Source of the DNA: Tubiluchus corallicola
Lineage: Eukaryota; Animalia; Priapulida
Assembly: GCA_030141605.1 (NCBI GenBank)
Contig: JAQGDQ010001030.1
Coordinates: forward strand, 4,995 to 68,994
DNA: 64,000 nucleotides
Direction: 5' to 3'
Shown: one piece after another, positions 42,015 to 54,100 of the stretch
Numbering within the stretch: position 1 is the stretch's first letter
Layout of the letters: every line of letters begins with the position of its first letter
Position numbers and translations under genes: made by a program
Notes under the pieces: model-generated
What the model was told of the DNA's origin: nothing
Database searches by the model: none
The model's input: the letters and a program-made list of their open reading frames with translations, nothing else

Positions 42015-44327
42015 ATGAAACCTCTGCTCAACCTAGTTATATGCTTTTTTCTTATCTGCACACTTACAGTATGTAGCAAGAGAGACACAGCTTTGACGTC
42101 AGAAAAGCTTCAAAATCAAATTGATAAGCTCAAGTCCGGAGATACACTGATTTTGAAAAATGGTATATACCCCAATATGATCCTGGCGGTTAATAACAAG
42201 GGTAACAAAGAGAAGCCAATTGTCATTAAGGCAGAAACTTCAGGGAAAGTAGTATTCACAAACGTGTCAACATTACAAATCGGTGGGGAATTTATAGAAA
42301 TCTCAGGAATTCTATTTGCTGACGGGAATAGTGGCAGCAAGCCTGTTATAAGATTTAAGTCATCAAGAGGTGTTGCCAACAACTGTCGCCTGACAAACTG
42401 TGTTATTGATAGTTACAATCCGAGTGATAGATTCCTGGGAAATGTATGGGTAGAGATGTACGGTAAAAACAACCGGGTAGACCACTGCTCTTTTGTTGGA
42501 AAGCTCAACTCAGGAGTAACACTTGTTGTAAAACTGCCAGGTAAGGATAACCAGGAGAACTTCCACAGCATTGATCACAACTATTTTGGGGCAAGGCCCC
42601 GTCTGGGTTCAAATGGTGGAGAAACCATGCGTGTGGGGACTTCAACATACTCCCTCACATCAAGTAACACTAAAATTGCAAATAACTATTTTGAGCATTG
42701 CAATGGAGAGGTTGAGATTATCTCTATAAAGTCGAGCGATAACCAAATCATAGGCAATACTTTTTACGAGTGTGAAGGAGTTCTGACCCTGCGCCACGGA
42801 AACCGAAACAGGTTGGAGGGTAATGTGTTTATAGGCAACAATAAGCCCGCAACTGGTGGGATTCGTGTAATTAATGCCGGGCACATCATCAAAAACAATC
42901 ATTTTCAGGAGCTGAAAGGTGAGCGCTTCTGGGCTACTTTACCAATAATGAACGGTGTTCCAAATTCAGCAATTAATCGCTACCACCAGGTGAGGGATGT
43001 GAATATAACAGGAAACGTGTTTGTTAACTGTGATAATATAGTATTTGGGGTGGGATCAGACAATGAACGTACAGCTAATCCCGAGAATGTACTATTTGCA
43101 GACAATACCTTATATAACCCTGATAGCCAAGTGATTTTTGAAAGCAGAGTGAATGTAGACAAAGTTAATTTCAAAAATAATCGGTTCGCAACAGCAAACA
43201 AAAATTTCAAACACGTTGGTTTTTCAAAGACTAATGCACTGTTCACAAAGAATGAACAGGGGCTTTATGCCTCTGCTGACTACACTCCCACTATAAAGGC
43301 TACAACAGATAACACCGGAGCTGATTGGTTTGAAAAGAGCAAAACAACAGAAAGCGCTGGTAGAAAACTCAAAGTTAAGGATGGGAAAGGCCTTACCGGT
43401 ACTATTGAGCAGGCAAATAATAATGATACTGTTATTTTAACAGGTACAGAAACATACTTTATAGAGTCACCACTATCTATAAAAAAGCACTTGACAATAA
43501 CCGGTGACAAAAAATTATCTACAAAACCAACCATTCAATATAAGGCCAACAGTGGTGGTAAACCATTAATAGTAATTGAAAATGGAGGGTCTTTAAGTGT
43601 AGAAAATGTGATACTAAACGGTGCTTCTGAGACTGGTATTGCACACGCCGGAATTACTACTCAAAAGAGGTCGATGATTTATCACTATATACTTAAGGCT
43701 AAAAATGTTGATTTTATAAACTATGATGTTGGCAATGCATCGGCAGTGTTTGCTTTTAAGAGCACTTATGCCGACACCATTTTATTTGAAGGCTGTACCT
43801 TTTCCAATATATCCGGTGTCGCCATAAATCTGGCATCAGAAAATGAAGACAGGGGAAAATATAATGCAGAAAACGTAATTATCAGAAACTCTCTTTTTTA
43901 TAATGTAATGGGCTCAGCACTAAAACTCTACCGAGGAGGTAATGATGAAAGCACATTAGGGCCTTTCCTGACAATTGATCAATGCACATTTCATAATATT
44001 GAGAACCGGGAGCTAGGCTCCGCACTAAACCTGGTAGGTGTCCAGTGGATCTCTATCACCAACTCAATATTTAGTGAAAGTGGAAAAAGCGGCCGTGTAA
44101 TAAAACTTGAAGACCAGAGCTGGATTTACTGCTATATCGACCATTGTAATTTCCACAATACAGGCAGATTTGAGAGCTTTTATGACGATCGATTGGGCAA
44201 GAACAAGTGGTATATAGATCCAAAGTACACATCAATAAAAAATAGTGATTTCTCATTGAAGCCCGGCTCCGCTTTAAGAAATAAGTCTAAAAGTAAAGGT
44301 GCACTGGGATACTTAAAAAGCACATAA
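42015..44327 (+). CDS. PL6 alginate lyase, two beta-helix domains
   Basis: NNRVDHC, NGGETMRVG, EIISIKS (catalytic K), TLRHG (catalytic R), YRGGNDEST. Confidence 0.9.
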   Translation: MKPLLNLVICFFLICTLTVCSKRDTALTSEKLQNQIDKLKSGDTLILKNGIYPNMILAVNNKGNKEKPIVIKAETSGKVVFTNVSTLQIGGEFIEISGILFADGNSGSKPVIRFKSSRGVANNCRLTNCVIDSYNPSDRFLGNVWVEMYGKNNRVDHCSFVGKLNSGVTLVVKLPGKDNQENFHSIDHNYFGARPRLGSNGGETMRVGTSTYSLTSSNTKIANNYFEHCNGEVEIISIKSSDNQIIGNTFYECEGVLTLRHGNRNRLEGNVFIGNNKPATGGIRVINAGHIIKNNHFQELKGERFWATLPIMNGVPNSAINRYHQVRDVNITGNVFVNCDNIVFGVGSDNERTANPENVLFADNTLYNPDSQVIFESRVNVDKVNFKNNRFATANKNFKHVGFSKTNALFTKNEQGLYASADYTPTIKATTDNTGADWFEKSKTTESAGRKLKVKDGKGLTGTIEQANNNDTVILTGTETYFIESPLSIKKHLTITGDKKLSTKPTIQYKANSGGKPLIVIENGGSLSVENVILNGASETGIAHAGITTQKRSMIYHYILKAKNVDFINYDVGNASAVFAFKSTYADTILFEGCTFSNISGVAINLASENEDRGKYNAENVIIRNSLFYNVMGSALKLYRGGNDESTLGPFLTIDQCTFHNIENRELGSALNLVGVQWISITNSIFSESGKSGRVIKLEDQSWIYCYIDHCNFHNTGRFESFYDDRLGKNKWYIDPKYTSIKNSDFSLKPGSALRNKSKSKGALGYLKST

Positions 44328-44328
44328 G

Positions 44329-46557
44329 ATGCATATGAAAAATCTATATATACTAATTCTCTTATCGCTTGCATATTTGACAAGGGCGCAAGATCACCCC
44401 TGTCTAATTCTAACCGGAGAATCGGTTCCGGAAATGCGGGAGGCCATTGGGCGGTACCCACTGTGGAAACAAAACATTGAAACACTGAAATATGAGGTGG
44501 ATATTGCCATGCAGGAGCAAGTTGATGTGCCTGTTCCTGTTGATCCTGCGGGGGGATATACCCACTCGCAGCATAAGCAAAATGCAAAACTGCTTAGCAA
44601 ACTCGGAACGGTGTATCAAATATATGAAGACGAAAAATATGCCAACCATGCAAAAAAAATATTCCTGGCCTATGCAGATCTCTATCCAATGCTAGACAAA
44701 CATCCAGTCGAAAAATCATACGCACGGGGAAAACTCTTCTGGCAACAACTTAATGAGGCAGTCTGGCTGGTAGATGCTATTCAAGGATATGATGGTATTT
44801 ACCATTATCTGACTGAGGCAGAGAGAAAGACCATAGAGAAAAATCTGCTCTACCCTATTGCAAATTTTTTGTCGGTTGAAAATGCCAACGTGTTTAACCG
44901 GATTCATAATCATGGAGTCTGGGCTGTTGCTGCAACAGGGATGACAGGGATAGTTTTAGATGACAATGAGCTGATTTGCAGAGCACTTTACGGTATTAAT
45001 AAAAGAGGGAAACCCAATTTTAATAAAGTTGATAAGACAAAACTGGAAAAATTTGACTCCGGCTTCTTTGTACAAACATCATCTCTGTTCTCTCCTGATG
45101 GATATTACACGGAAGGGCCATACTATCAGAGATATGCCATGACTCCTTTTTTGCTTTTTGCTCAGAGCATACATAACAATATTCCTAAGCTGGAGGTGTT
45201 GGAATATGGCAATCAGATCTTTATTAAAGCTGTTGAAACTCTTATTGAACTTGCTGATGCCAACGGAAAGTTTTTCCCGATAAACGACAATTTGAAAGGC
45301 ATGAGCCTGAATGCACCAGAATTGGTGTGGGGCATAGATTTTTTATATGCAAATACAAAAAAGCCTGACCTGCTAAGCATTGCTAAGACACATAGCTTTA
45401 GATCTGCAAATGAATCAGGCCTGGAAGTAGCTAAGGGTTTAAGCAACAATATACAAAGGCCAATAAAGCGTACGTCAAAATTCATTACTGATGGTAGTAA
45501 TGGACTTTCCGGCGGTATAGCAGTACTACATGACTCAGAGAATAAGCTTTGCACTGTTTTTAAATTTGCATCACAGGGACTAACCCATGGCCACTATGAC
45601 CGCCTTAACATATTCCACTATTATAAAGGGGATGAAGTTTTAACAGACTACGGTGCAGCACGATTTGTGAACATTAAAGCTAAACAGGGAGGCAGATATT
45701 TGCCTGAAAATGAAACCTATGTTAAACAAACTGTAGCCCATAACACATTGGTTGTTGATGAAAAATCACACTTTGACTTCAAATATAAAGAAGCAGAAAA
45801 ACATCATCCGAAGCTACTATTTAGCGATATCAACAACCCCGATATTCAGCTAGCATGTGCTTATGAAGTCAATGCTTATCCGGGAATTAAAATGACACGG
45901 GTGGTAGGGCAAGTAACAGATAAAGACTTTATTAACCCAGTTGTAATTGACCTGTTTAACGTAAAGTCAAACAGGGCATCAGCACAATACGACCTACCCT
46001 TTCATTTTGCAGGCCAACTAATTGAAGCGGAGTTTGAGTACAAAGCAAATCAGGATGCTCTGCACCCAATGAGTGAAAAGAATGGTTATCAACATTTGTG
46101 GTTAACTGCTAAAGGAAAATCCACAGATACAACATCCGGGATTACATGGCTTAAAAATAATTATATTTATTCGTTGAGCACCACTGTGGACAAAGACACA
46201 GAATTGATACTGGCGCAAATTGGCGCAAATGATCCCAACTTCAATTTAAAAAATGACCCTGTATTTATAATACGTCAACAAAATGCTCAAAATCACACAT
46301 TCGCGAGCATACTCGAGTGTCATGGATACCAGAATCCTGATACAGAGATCGTTTCTAATCAAACCAAACAGATAAAAAGTATAAAACTACACAAAGTACC
46401 GGAACCATATCTGGCATTCAGTTTTATAACAACAAGCAACATAGAGTTCACGCTTCTTGTTTCTCTTGAGGAAACAGAGAAAGAGAGTTCACACAGTTTA
46501 GAAATAGAAGGAAAAATATTCCAATGGAGTGGAGCATATAAATTTATTAAGAACTAA
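44329..46557 (+). CDS. PL17 oligo-alginate lyase
   Basis: DPAGGYTH, LFWQQLNEAVW, IHNHGVW, EGPYYQRY, HGHYD, DYGAARF, AHNTLVVD. Confidence 0.9.
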   Translation: MHMKNLYILILLSLAYLTRAQDHPCLILTGESVPEMREAIGRYPLWKQNIETLKYEVDIAMQEQVDVPVPVDPAGGYTHSQHKQNAKLLSKLGTVYQIYEDEKYANHAKKIFLAYADLYPMLDKHPVEKSYARGKLFWQQLNEAVWLVDAIQGYDGIYHYLTEAERKTIEKNLLYPIANFLSVENANVFNRIHNHGVWAVAATGMTGIVLDDNELICRALYGINKRGKPNFNKVDKTKLEKFDSGFFVQTSSLFSPDGYYTEGPYYQRYAMTPFLLFAQSIHNNIPKLEVLEYGNQIFIKAVETLIELADANGKFFPINDNLKGMSLNAPELVWGIDFLYANTKKPDLLSIAKTHSFRSANESGLEVAKGLSNNIQRPIKRTSKFITDGSNGLSGGIAVLHDSENKLCTVFKFASQGLTHGHYDRLNIFHYYKGDEVLTDYGAARFVNIKAKQGGRYLPENETYVKQTVAHNTLVVDEKSHFDFKYKEAEKHHPKLLFSDINNPDIQLACAYEVNAYPGIKMTRVVGQVTDKDFINPVVIDLFNVKSNRASAQYDLPFHFAGQLIEAEFEYKANQDALHPMSEKNGYQHLWLTAKGKSTDTTSGITWLKNNYIYSLSTTVDKDTELILAQIGANDPNFNLKNDPVFIIRQQNAQNHTFASILECHGYQNPDTEIVSNQTKQIKSIKLHKVPEPYLAFSFITTSNIEFTLLVSLEETEKESSHSLEIEGKIFQWSGAYKFIKN

Positions 46558-46570
46558 ATATTTAAATACA

Positions 46571-46942
46571 ATGAAAAGATCAAGCGAAAAGTTCATTCTG
46601 ACAGAAAAAATGGAATGGGAAGATTTAGGAGGAGGGGTTGCACGCAAATTTTTAGGCTTTGACAACCAGATAATGATGGTTCAAGTAAAATTTGAAAAAG
46701 GAGCAGAAGGCACACCTCACCAACATTTTCACACACAAGCAACGTACTGCGCAAAAGGAAAATTTGAATTTAACATTGATGGTGAAAAAAAGATCGTAAA
46801 TGCAGGAGATGGTGTTTACATAGAACCTAACCTGATACATGGTGCCCTATGTATAGAAGAGGGAATGTTAATAGACGTTTTCAGCCCTGTACGTGAGGAC
46901 TTTCTCGATGGCAGCAAGGTGTCATATTTTGGCGACAAATAG
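46571..46942 (+). CDS. kdgF: KdgF cupin (ring opening of unsaturated uronate)
   Basis: HQHFHTQ, HGA, DVFSPVREDFL. ATG at 46571. Confidence 0.88.
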   Translation: MKRSSEKFILTEKMEWEDLGGGVARKFLGFDNQIMMVQVKFEKGAEGTPHQHFHTQATYCAKGKFEFNIDGEKKIVNAGDGVYIEPNLIHGALCIEEGMLIDVFSPVREDFLDGSKVSYFGDK

Positions 46943-47132
46943 CCATCAATAGTTGCTGCATAAATAATCTTCACACCCTTCAAAACCTCTAAAGTGTTAG
47001 GGGTGAAGCACAGCAGGCTACATGCTGGTAAATTTATGCTTTTTAGTAGCATTTAACTGTAGTGTTGCCTTTTGCCTACAGAAAGCAAAAGAGTTTAGGG
47101 ATAAAGTATTATAACTAATTAAAGTTTTAAAT

Positions 47133-48419
47133 ATGAAAGTTAAAGGATTACGTTGGTGGATTATCGGTTTGATATTTTTTGCAACAATTATAAACTATAT
47201 TGATAGAAGCACGCTGGCCATAATGTGGGGTAATGAAGACCTTGAAGGGTCTATAGCAAACACTTTGGGGCTTACTAAAGGCGACTATGCAATCATTCTT
47301 AACATTTTTATGGTGGCTTATGCCCTTGGACAGTTGTTTTCAGGAAAGCTGTTTGACAAAGTGGGTACCAGAATAGGGTATGTAATTTCAATTGTAGTGT
47401 GGGGAGCATCCTCCTTTCTACACTCAATGGCGCGTGGATTGGTTTCATTTGGAATTTTCAGAAGTATCCTGGGTTTTTCTGAAGCTGGTAACTGGCCGGG
47501 AGCAGTAAAAAGCAATGCGGAGTGGTTTCCCATAAAGGAGCGAGCCATAGCACAGGGGCTATTTAATGCAGGGGCTTCTATGGGCTCTGTCGTAGCGCCA
47601 CCGCTTATAGCAGCTCTTTTTATGGCTTTCGGCTGGAAAATAACATTTATGATAGTAGGGTCATTTGGCATATTCTGGGTTATACCATGGTTGCTGATCA
47701 ACAAAGCCGGGCCTAAAAAGCACCCTTGGATTACAAAGGAAGAGCAAGAGCACATCATTAAAGGACAAAGTGAAGTAGATCAAAAAGATACAGGAGAGAG
47801 CAAAGGTAAAAGTTTAAAAGAAATCCTTTCGTACAGAGAATCATGGGCAATTATTATAGGTCGCTTCTTTCTTGAGCCGATATGGTGGCTATTTGTAGGC
47901 TGGATGCCTATTTACCTATTCGACCAATACGATTTTAATGTAAAAGAGGTCGGCATGTTCGCCTGGGTACCTTATGTGGGTGCAGCTATTGGAAGTGTTG
48001 CAGGAGGTTATGTTTCAGGACGAATCATCTCTAAATCCAACTCCATAAACAAAGGCCGGAAAACAACTATTTTCATTGGAGGTTTGCTAATGGTACTAGG
48101 ACTTATGGCCACCGTATTATTTGGTAATACACCTGAACGCTTTGTCTCTATAGTGTTTGTAGTACTGTTCGGATTTCAATTTGCAATAGGCAACGTTCAG
48201 ACAATCCCAAGTGATCTGTTTGGGGGAAAATCAGTAGGCTCATTGGCAGGACTTGGTGGCATGGTAGGAGTATTTTCTGTGATAATAATGAATTCGCTGG
48301 TTCCCAAAATTGCAGCCATATCATACACTCCAATTTTTATTACAATTGCCTTATTTGTGCCACTTGGAGTTGGAGCCATCTACCTATTTGCCAGAAAAAT
48401 AGAGTCTGTTGAGAAATAA
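47133..48419 (+). CDS. MFS hexuronate/DEH transporter (ExuT-like)
   Basis: LRWWII...NYIDR, EAGNWP, EWFPIKER. Confidence 0.9.
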   Translation: MKVKGLRWWIIGLIFFATIINYIDRSTLAIMWGNEDLEGSIANTLGLTKGDYAIILNIFMVAYALGQLFSGKLFDKVGTRIGYVISIVVWGASSFLHSMARGLVSFGIFRSILGFSEAGNWPGAVKSNAEWFPIKERAIAQGLFNAGASMGSVVAPPLIAALFMAFGWKITFMIVGSFGIFWVIPWLLINKAGPKKHPWITKEEQEHIIKGQSEVDQKDTGESKGKSLKEILSYRESWAIIIGRFFLEPIWWLFVGWMPIYLFDQYDFNVKEVGMFAWVPYVGAAIGSVAGGYVSGRIISKSNSINKGRKTTIFIGGLLMVLGLMATVLFGNTPERFVSIVFVVLFGFQFAIGNVQTIPSDLFGGKSVGSLAGLGGMVGVFSVIIMNSLVPKIAAISYTPIFITIALFVPLGVGAIYLFARKIESVEK

Positions 48420-48462
48420 TAAAATAAATAAAAGTTAACCATAATTTAAAAAAATAGTAGTT

Positions 48463-49215
48463 ATGAAATTAAAAGGGAAAGTAGCTGTAATAACAGGTGG
48501 TGCCAGGGATATTGGACGTCAAGTTTCTCTGAAACTTGCCTCTTTAGGTGCAAAAGTGGTGATCAATTATTTTGATAACCCTGAGCAGGCGGAAGAGACT
48601 CTTTCAATGATCCAAAGTGCAGGGGGTGAAGCTATAACAGTTCAAGGGGATATGACTAAAGAGATTGACGTCAATAAGTTGGTGCAAAATGCAGTTGACA
48701 CATACGGTGGGAAAATTGACATCCTGGTTAATATAGCCGGCGGTTTAGTAGCCCGCAGAAAACTTGAAGAGATGGATGTTGACTTTTGGGACCTCCTAAT
48801 GAACCTAAACCTAAAAACGGTATTTATGGTTTCAAAAGCTGTTGTACCTCATATGGGGGATAAAGGCTCGATTATCAACTTTGCATCACAGGCAGGTCGT
48901 GATGGTGGTGGTCCGGGAGCTTCGGCATATGCGACTGCAAAAGGTGCAGTAATGACATTCACCCGCTCAATGTCAAAGGAGCTAGGCCCCAAAAACATTC
49001 GGGTAAATGCACTGTGTCCAGGAATGATTGCTACAACTTTTCATGACACATTTACCAAAGATGAAGTTAGAAAGAATGTAGCTGCAGGGACTCCGTTACG
49101 ACGCGAGGGTAAAGCTGAAGAGGTTGCAGATCTAGTTGTATACCTTGCTTCTGACAAATCATCATTTATTACAGGAGCAAATATTGATATCAATGGAGGA
49201 TTGTTTTTCTCTTAG
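48463..49215 (+). CDS. SDR oxidoreductase, probable DEH reductase
   Basis: TGGARDIG, SQAGRDGGGPGA.AYATAKG, PGMIATTFH. Lies in the alginate locus. Confidence 0.85.
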   Translation: MKLKGKVAVITGGARDIGRQVSLKLASLGAKVVINYFDNPEQAEETLSMIQSAGGEAITVQGDMTKEIDVNKLVQNAVDTYGGKIDILVNIAGGLVARRKLEEMDVDFWDLLMNLNLKTVFMVSKAVVPHMGDKGSIINFASQAGRDGGGPGASAYATAKGAVMTFTRSMSKELGPKNIRVNALCPGMIATTFHDTFTKDEVRKNVAAGTPLRREGKAEEVADLVVYLASDKSSFITGANIDINGGLFFS

Positions 49216-49372
49216 TGACCTAGATGAGAAAAAAGGGAGCCACAGGTCGGGTTAATTAAATTTAAAAAAACAGATGAAGTAAGCATAGTTAAAACGGTTG
49301 TTAAGGAGATACAGTGATTGTTCTTAATCATGCATACTCATCTGACTATTGAGAATCAAAACTCATATGTAA

Positions 49373-50407
49373 ATGAAAAAAGTAGTAACATTTGGTGAAG
49401 TAATGCTTCGCCTAGCCACTCCCGGCTATAAAAGGTTTGGTCAGGCTGAATCATTTGAAGCTACCCACGGAGGAGGAGAAGCAAATGTAGCAGTCTCTTT
49501 GGCCAACTACGGTGTTCCGGTGAGCTTTGTAACACGTCTCCCTGAAAATGATATTGCACAGTCATGTATTCAGGAACTAAATGGACTGGGAGTGGAGACC
49601 AATCAGATAGTTTTTGGAGGAGATAGGATGGGAATCTATTTTGTTGAGGCAGGGGCTGTAAGCAGGGCAAGCAAGGTGATTTACGACCGTGCATATTCCT
49701 CAATATCTCAAATGAAGCCGGGAATGATTGATTGGGATAAAGTGCTTGACGGGGTGGGATGGTTTCATTGGACAGGCATCACCCCTGCCATATCACAAGG
49801 GGCGGCGGATGTTTGCTTAGAAGCTATAAAAACTGCAAACAGACTTGGTATAACTGTTTCAACAGATTTGAACTACAGGAAAAAACTCTGGAAATACGGG
49901 AAAAAGGCACATGAAGTGATGCCCGATTTGGTGGAAGGGTGCGATGTAGTTCTTGGTAATGAAGAGGATGCGGCTATGTCTCTCGACATTCATCCTGACG
50001 GTGTTGATGTTACTGCCGGCCATGTGGATGCAGGCGCATACCTTTCTGTTTCACAAAAGATAATGGCACAGTTTCCGAGGTGTAAAAAAGTGATAACCAC
50101 ACTACGCGGTTCTGTTAGTGCAAGCCACAATAGCTGGAGTGGAGTATTATACGATGGGAAAAAGCTGTTTAAAGCACCTACCTACCAAATCACACATATT
50201 GTTGACCGTGTTGGAGGTGGCGACTCATTTATGGGCGGCTTAATATACGGGTTGTTAACCTATAAAGATGATATGCAGTCTGCCCTAAACTTTGCAGTAG
50301 CCGCTTCGTGTCTGAAGCATACCATTTGTGGCGACTATAACAGGGTAACAGTTGAAGAGGTCAAAAAGTTGATGGAGGGTGACGCCTCCGGAAGGGTATC
50401 GAGGTAG
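49373..50407 (+). CDS. kdgK: 2-keto-3-deoxygluconate kinase (PfkB family)
   Basis: FGEVMLRL, GGGEANVA, DLNYR, VDRVGGGDSF. Confidence 0.92.
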   Translation: MKKVVTFGEVMLRLATPGYKRFGQAESFEATHGGGEANVAVSLANYGVPVSFVTRLPENDIAQSCIQELNGLGVETNQIVFGGDRMGIYFVEAGAVSRASKVIYDRAYSSISQMKPGMIDWDKVLDGVGWFHWTGITPAISQGAADVCLEAIKTANRLGITVSTDLNYRKKLWKYGKKAHEVMPDLVEGCDVVLGNEEDAAMSLDIHPDGVDVTAGHVDAGAYLSVSQKIMAQFPRCKKVITTLRGSVSASHNSWSGVLYDGKKLFKAPTYQITHIVDRVGGGDSFMGGLIYGLLTYKDDMQSALNFAVAASCLKHTICGDYNRVTVEEVKKLMEGDASGRVSR

Positions 50408-50433
50408 TATAATAATAATTAAAACACAAAAAC

Positions 50434-51105
50434 ATGTCACGTTTTAAACGCATAGATGTAGCAATTAAGATGAGAGAATCCGGGATTATTCCGGTGTTCT
50501 ATCATCCTAAAATAGACATTTGCAAGAAATTGGTTGATACTTGCTATTCAGGTGGAGTTAAAGCCATTGAATTCACAAACCGTGGTGATTTTGCGCATGA
50601 AATATTTGAAGAGTTAAACAAATATATCGCCAGTAAATTACCGGATTTGGCTTTGGGTATAGGTTCGGTGCTGGACTCGCCGACTGCGGCACTTTACCTA
50701 CAACTGGGCGCTGACTTTGTTGTGTCGCCTATACTAAATGCTGAAATGGCTAAGGTGTGTAACAGGCGAAAGGTACTATGGGCCCCCGGGTGCGGCTCTC
50801 TGTCTGAAATCTCATTAGCTGAAGAGCTAGGTGCAGAAGTGGTTAAGATATTTCCGGCGATGCAGGTTGGCGGACCGGAATTTATAAAATCGATAAAAGG
50901 GCCTATGCCGTGGACAAACATTATGCCTACCGGTGGTGTTTCCCCTGATGAGGAAAATATAAAACAGTGGGCACAGGCTGGAGCTTACTGCGTAGGCATG
51001 GGTTCGCAACTAATGATAAGGAAAGAAGATCAGAGCTATGATTACGAAAAGATAACCGAGGCGACAAAAAATGCTATTCGGTTTATGTTTAAATATAATA
51101 CGTAA
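50434..51105 (+). CDS. kdgA: KDPG/KHG aldolase
   Basis: EFTNR, FVVSP, VKIFP, MPTGGV. Confidence 0.92.
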   Translation: MSRFKRIDVAIKMRESGIIPVFYHPKIDICKKLVDTCYSGGVKAIEFTNRGDFAHEIFEELNKYIASKLPDLALGIGSVLDSPTAALYLQLGADFVVSPILNAEMAKVCNRRKVLWAPGCGSLSEISLAEELGAEVVKIFPAMQVGGPEFIKSIKGPMPWTNIMPTGGVSPDEENIKQWAQAGAYCVGMGSQLMIRKEDQSYDYEKITEATKNAIRFMFKYNT

Positions 51106-51141
51106 AACAAACATAACCATTAACTTTTAATAAGTATATAA

Positions 51142-54100
51142 ATGAAAAAAATAACCCTTTTTTTTGTTGCCTTTTGCTCAATCCTGCACTTGGGCAGCAG
51201 GTCCTTATACGGGCAAAATAAAATAAGCGGAAGTGTAACAGATGCTTCCATAAATAAACCGTTAATAGGGGCCACCGTATTAGTAAAAGGTACTACAAGT
51301 GGTTCAATTACAGATATGGACGGAGGCTTCTCCATTAACACTGACCAGGAGAGCGGTATCCTGCTTGTCTCTTTCATTGGCTATCTCACAAAAGAGGTGC
51401 CATTTAGTGGGCAACAATCACTAGAAATAATCTTAGCAGCAGACAACGAAATAATTGATGAGGTTGTCGTTATCGGGTATGGAACTCAAAAAAAGTCGCA
51501 TTTAACCGGATCAGTTGCAAAATTAAGCAATGAAACCCTAAGTCAAATTCCTGTATCAAGAGCAGATCAGGCATTACAAGGGAAACTGGCCGGCCTGTCC
51601 ATTAAAAACATCTCAGGCGACGTAGGGTCTGCCCCTGAAATAAGGGTGCGTGGTATGGGATCGATAAGCGCCAATAATTCACCACTAATTGTGGTTGACG
51701 GCTATCCTGTACCTGATGATTTATCATCAATAGATATGGCTGACGTAGAATCTATTGAGGTATTGAAAGATGCAGCATCTGCTGCTATATACGGTTCGCG
51801 AGGATCAAACGGGGTTATTCTTATAACCACCAAGGGCGGTGTAGCGGCAAAGCCATCATATAAGTTTACCATGTACGCCGGCTTCAAAAGCGCTTATAAA
51901 ACATATGATATTATTGACGCTTTAACATGGACAGAGATAGAAAGGGGTACCAGGCAGAAAAACGAAAACTGGCTGGCATCTCTGGAAGATAGGGAGCCAA
52001 AGGATATTAATTATACAGGCCGGGAGTCAACAATACGCTATATAGGGGATAACACTGATTGGCAAAAAGAGGCTTTAAGAACAGGTAGTATTCAGAACTA
52101 CCAACTGAGTGTATCTGGTGGCACCAAAGAGGTCCGTTACTACATCTCAGGAAGCTATATGAACGATGAGGGGCTTATGAAGGATAATGATTACAACAAG
52201 ATCAACCTAAGAACAAAAGTGGACGCCACTTTGAGCGATAGAGTAACTGTAGGTATCAACCTTAACCCCTCATATAGCAAACAGCGCAGGTCCTCATTAG
52301 GACTGCATGACTTTGCCCGAACCTACAGTTGGTTACCCGCATACCACGACGAGAAAACATCTGCAATGACAGGTATTCCAGTGGGTGAATATGCACACCC
52401 GCGCCACTTCAATAACATACACCTCACAGACGTTGATGGAACACCACTATACAACAACTCAGGAGATCCGGAGCGCGACAACCTATGGACTTCCAGCAAC
52501 AACAACCCCACAGCACGAAGAGATAACCGATTCAGGTACAACACTAAGTACCGGTTGTATGGAAATGGGTACTTGAATCTGAATATTACTGAAGGCTTGG
52601 AGTTCAAAAGTACCCTCGGTGGCTATATTAACTATTATATGGAGGAGGACTTTAGAAACTCCCAGGGGCACAGGTCAGGTACCCCGTATACAGTTTTCCG
52701 CAGCATACTTACCAACGACCTATTATCAGAGAACTTTTTTACATTCAACAAAAAAAGTGGGGATCACACAATAAACGCACTGGCCGGTTTTTCAGCACAA
52801 AAAAACAGGGAGTACCCGGTAAGGATCCGTGGAGAGAATCACCCTACCGATTATATCTACACGCTGAATGCAGCCACAGAAATCAACCAGAGCAGTGGAG
52901 AAACTTACTCCTATATTGAGGAAACAGCACTTCTGTCATACCTCGGGAGAATAGGGTACTCCTATTTGGATAAATATTTAATCACTCTTAGCTCAAGATG
53001 GGATGGCAGCTCTCTTTTTGGTCCAGAAAATCGCTGGGCCTGGTTTCCATCAGCATCCGTTGGTTGGAGGCTTTCTGAAGAGGAATTCCTGCAAGACATT
53101 AAAGAGATAGATCAGTTAAAGCTTCGGGCAAGCTATGGCCTGTCAGGAAACAATGATATTGAAAACTACGCACATGTCAACACGCTCAACACTTCCAATT
53201 ATATTTTTGGCACAGGACAGGGCACGTTAACTCCAGGGTTAGGCCAGACCAACACTATATTGGCTAACAAAGAGATAACATGGGAAAGAACTTATGAGTT
53301 TAATGCAGGGTTAGATCTTAACTTGTACAGCAGCAGAGTGACACTGGCACTTGATTATTACCATGCGACAACGGATCAGCTATTGCTGACAAAACGTATC
53401 CCTTACCATACCGGCTATCAAATGGAATGGACCAATATTGGCAAGGTAAGAAACCAGGGTGTTGAGATTGAGCTTGGAGGGCACATAATAGCGCAACAGG
53501 ATTTCTCGTGGAAAGTGTCTGGAAATTTATCAGCAAACAAGAACCTATTGCTCGATTTTGGCGGTCAGCTTTACGATATAACAGAGGGCTACAGGGGGCA
53601 TAAATTTATTGCAATGGTTGGTCAACCTGCCATCCAGTTTTTTGGATATGAGACTGACGGAGTTTGGCTTTCCCAGGATGACATTGATAACAATCCACAT
53701 AAAACAGAAGATGTTCCCGGTGGCTTAAAAATAGTTGATAAAGACGGTAATGGGCAGATTGATGACAATGACCGAGTTGTAATAGGGTCTCCATTCCCTG
53801 ACTTTATGTGGGGTCTAAGCAACGATATCCGCTGGAAAGATTTCGATTTTAGCCTCCTGCTACAAGGGGTTTACGGTAATGAAATTTTTAATGCTGATGG
53901 GTATTATTTTGAAATGAAACGCTTAAATAATGAATTTATAGATGGCCGCTACGTTAACGAAATGTACCCAGGCGATGGAAAAACCCCAATAGTCTCACCT
54001 GGAACAGACTGGATGTTAACAGACCATTTAATTGAAGATGGCTCATTCGTAGCCCTTCGTGATATAATGATCGGATACACTCTTCCAGATGACATTACTA

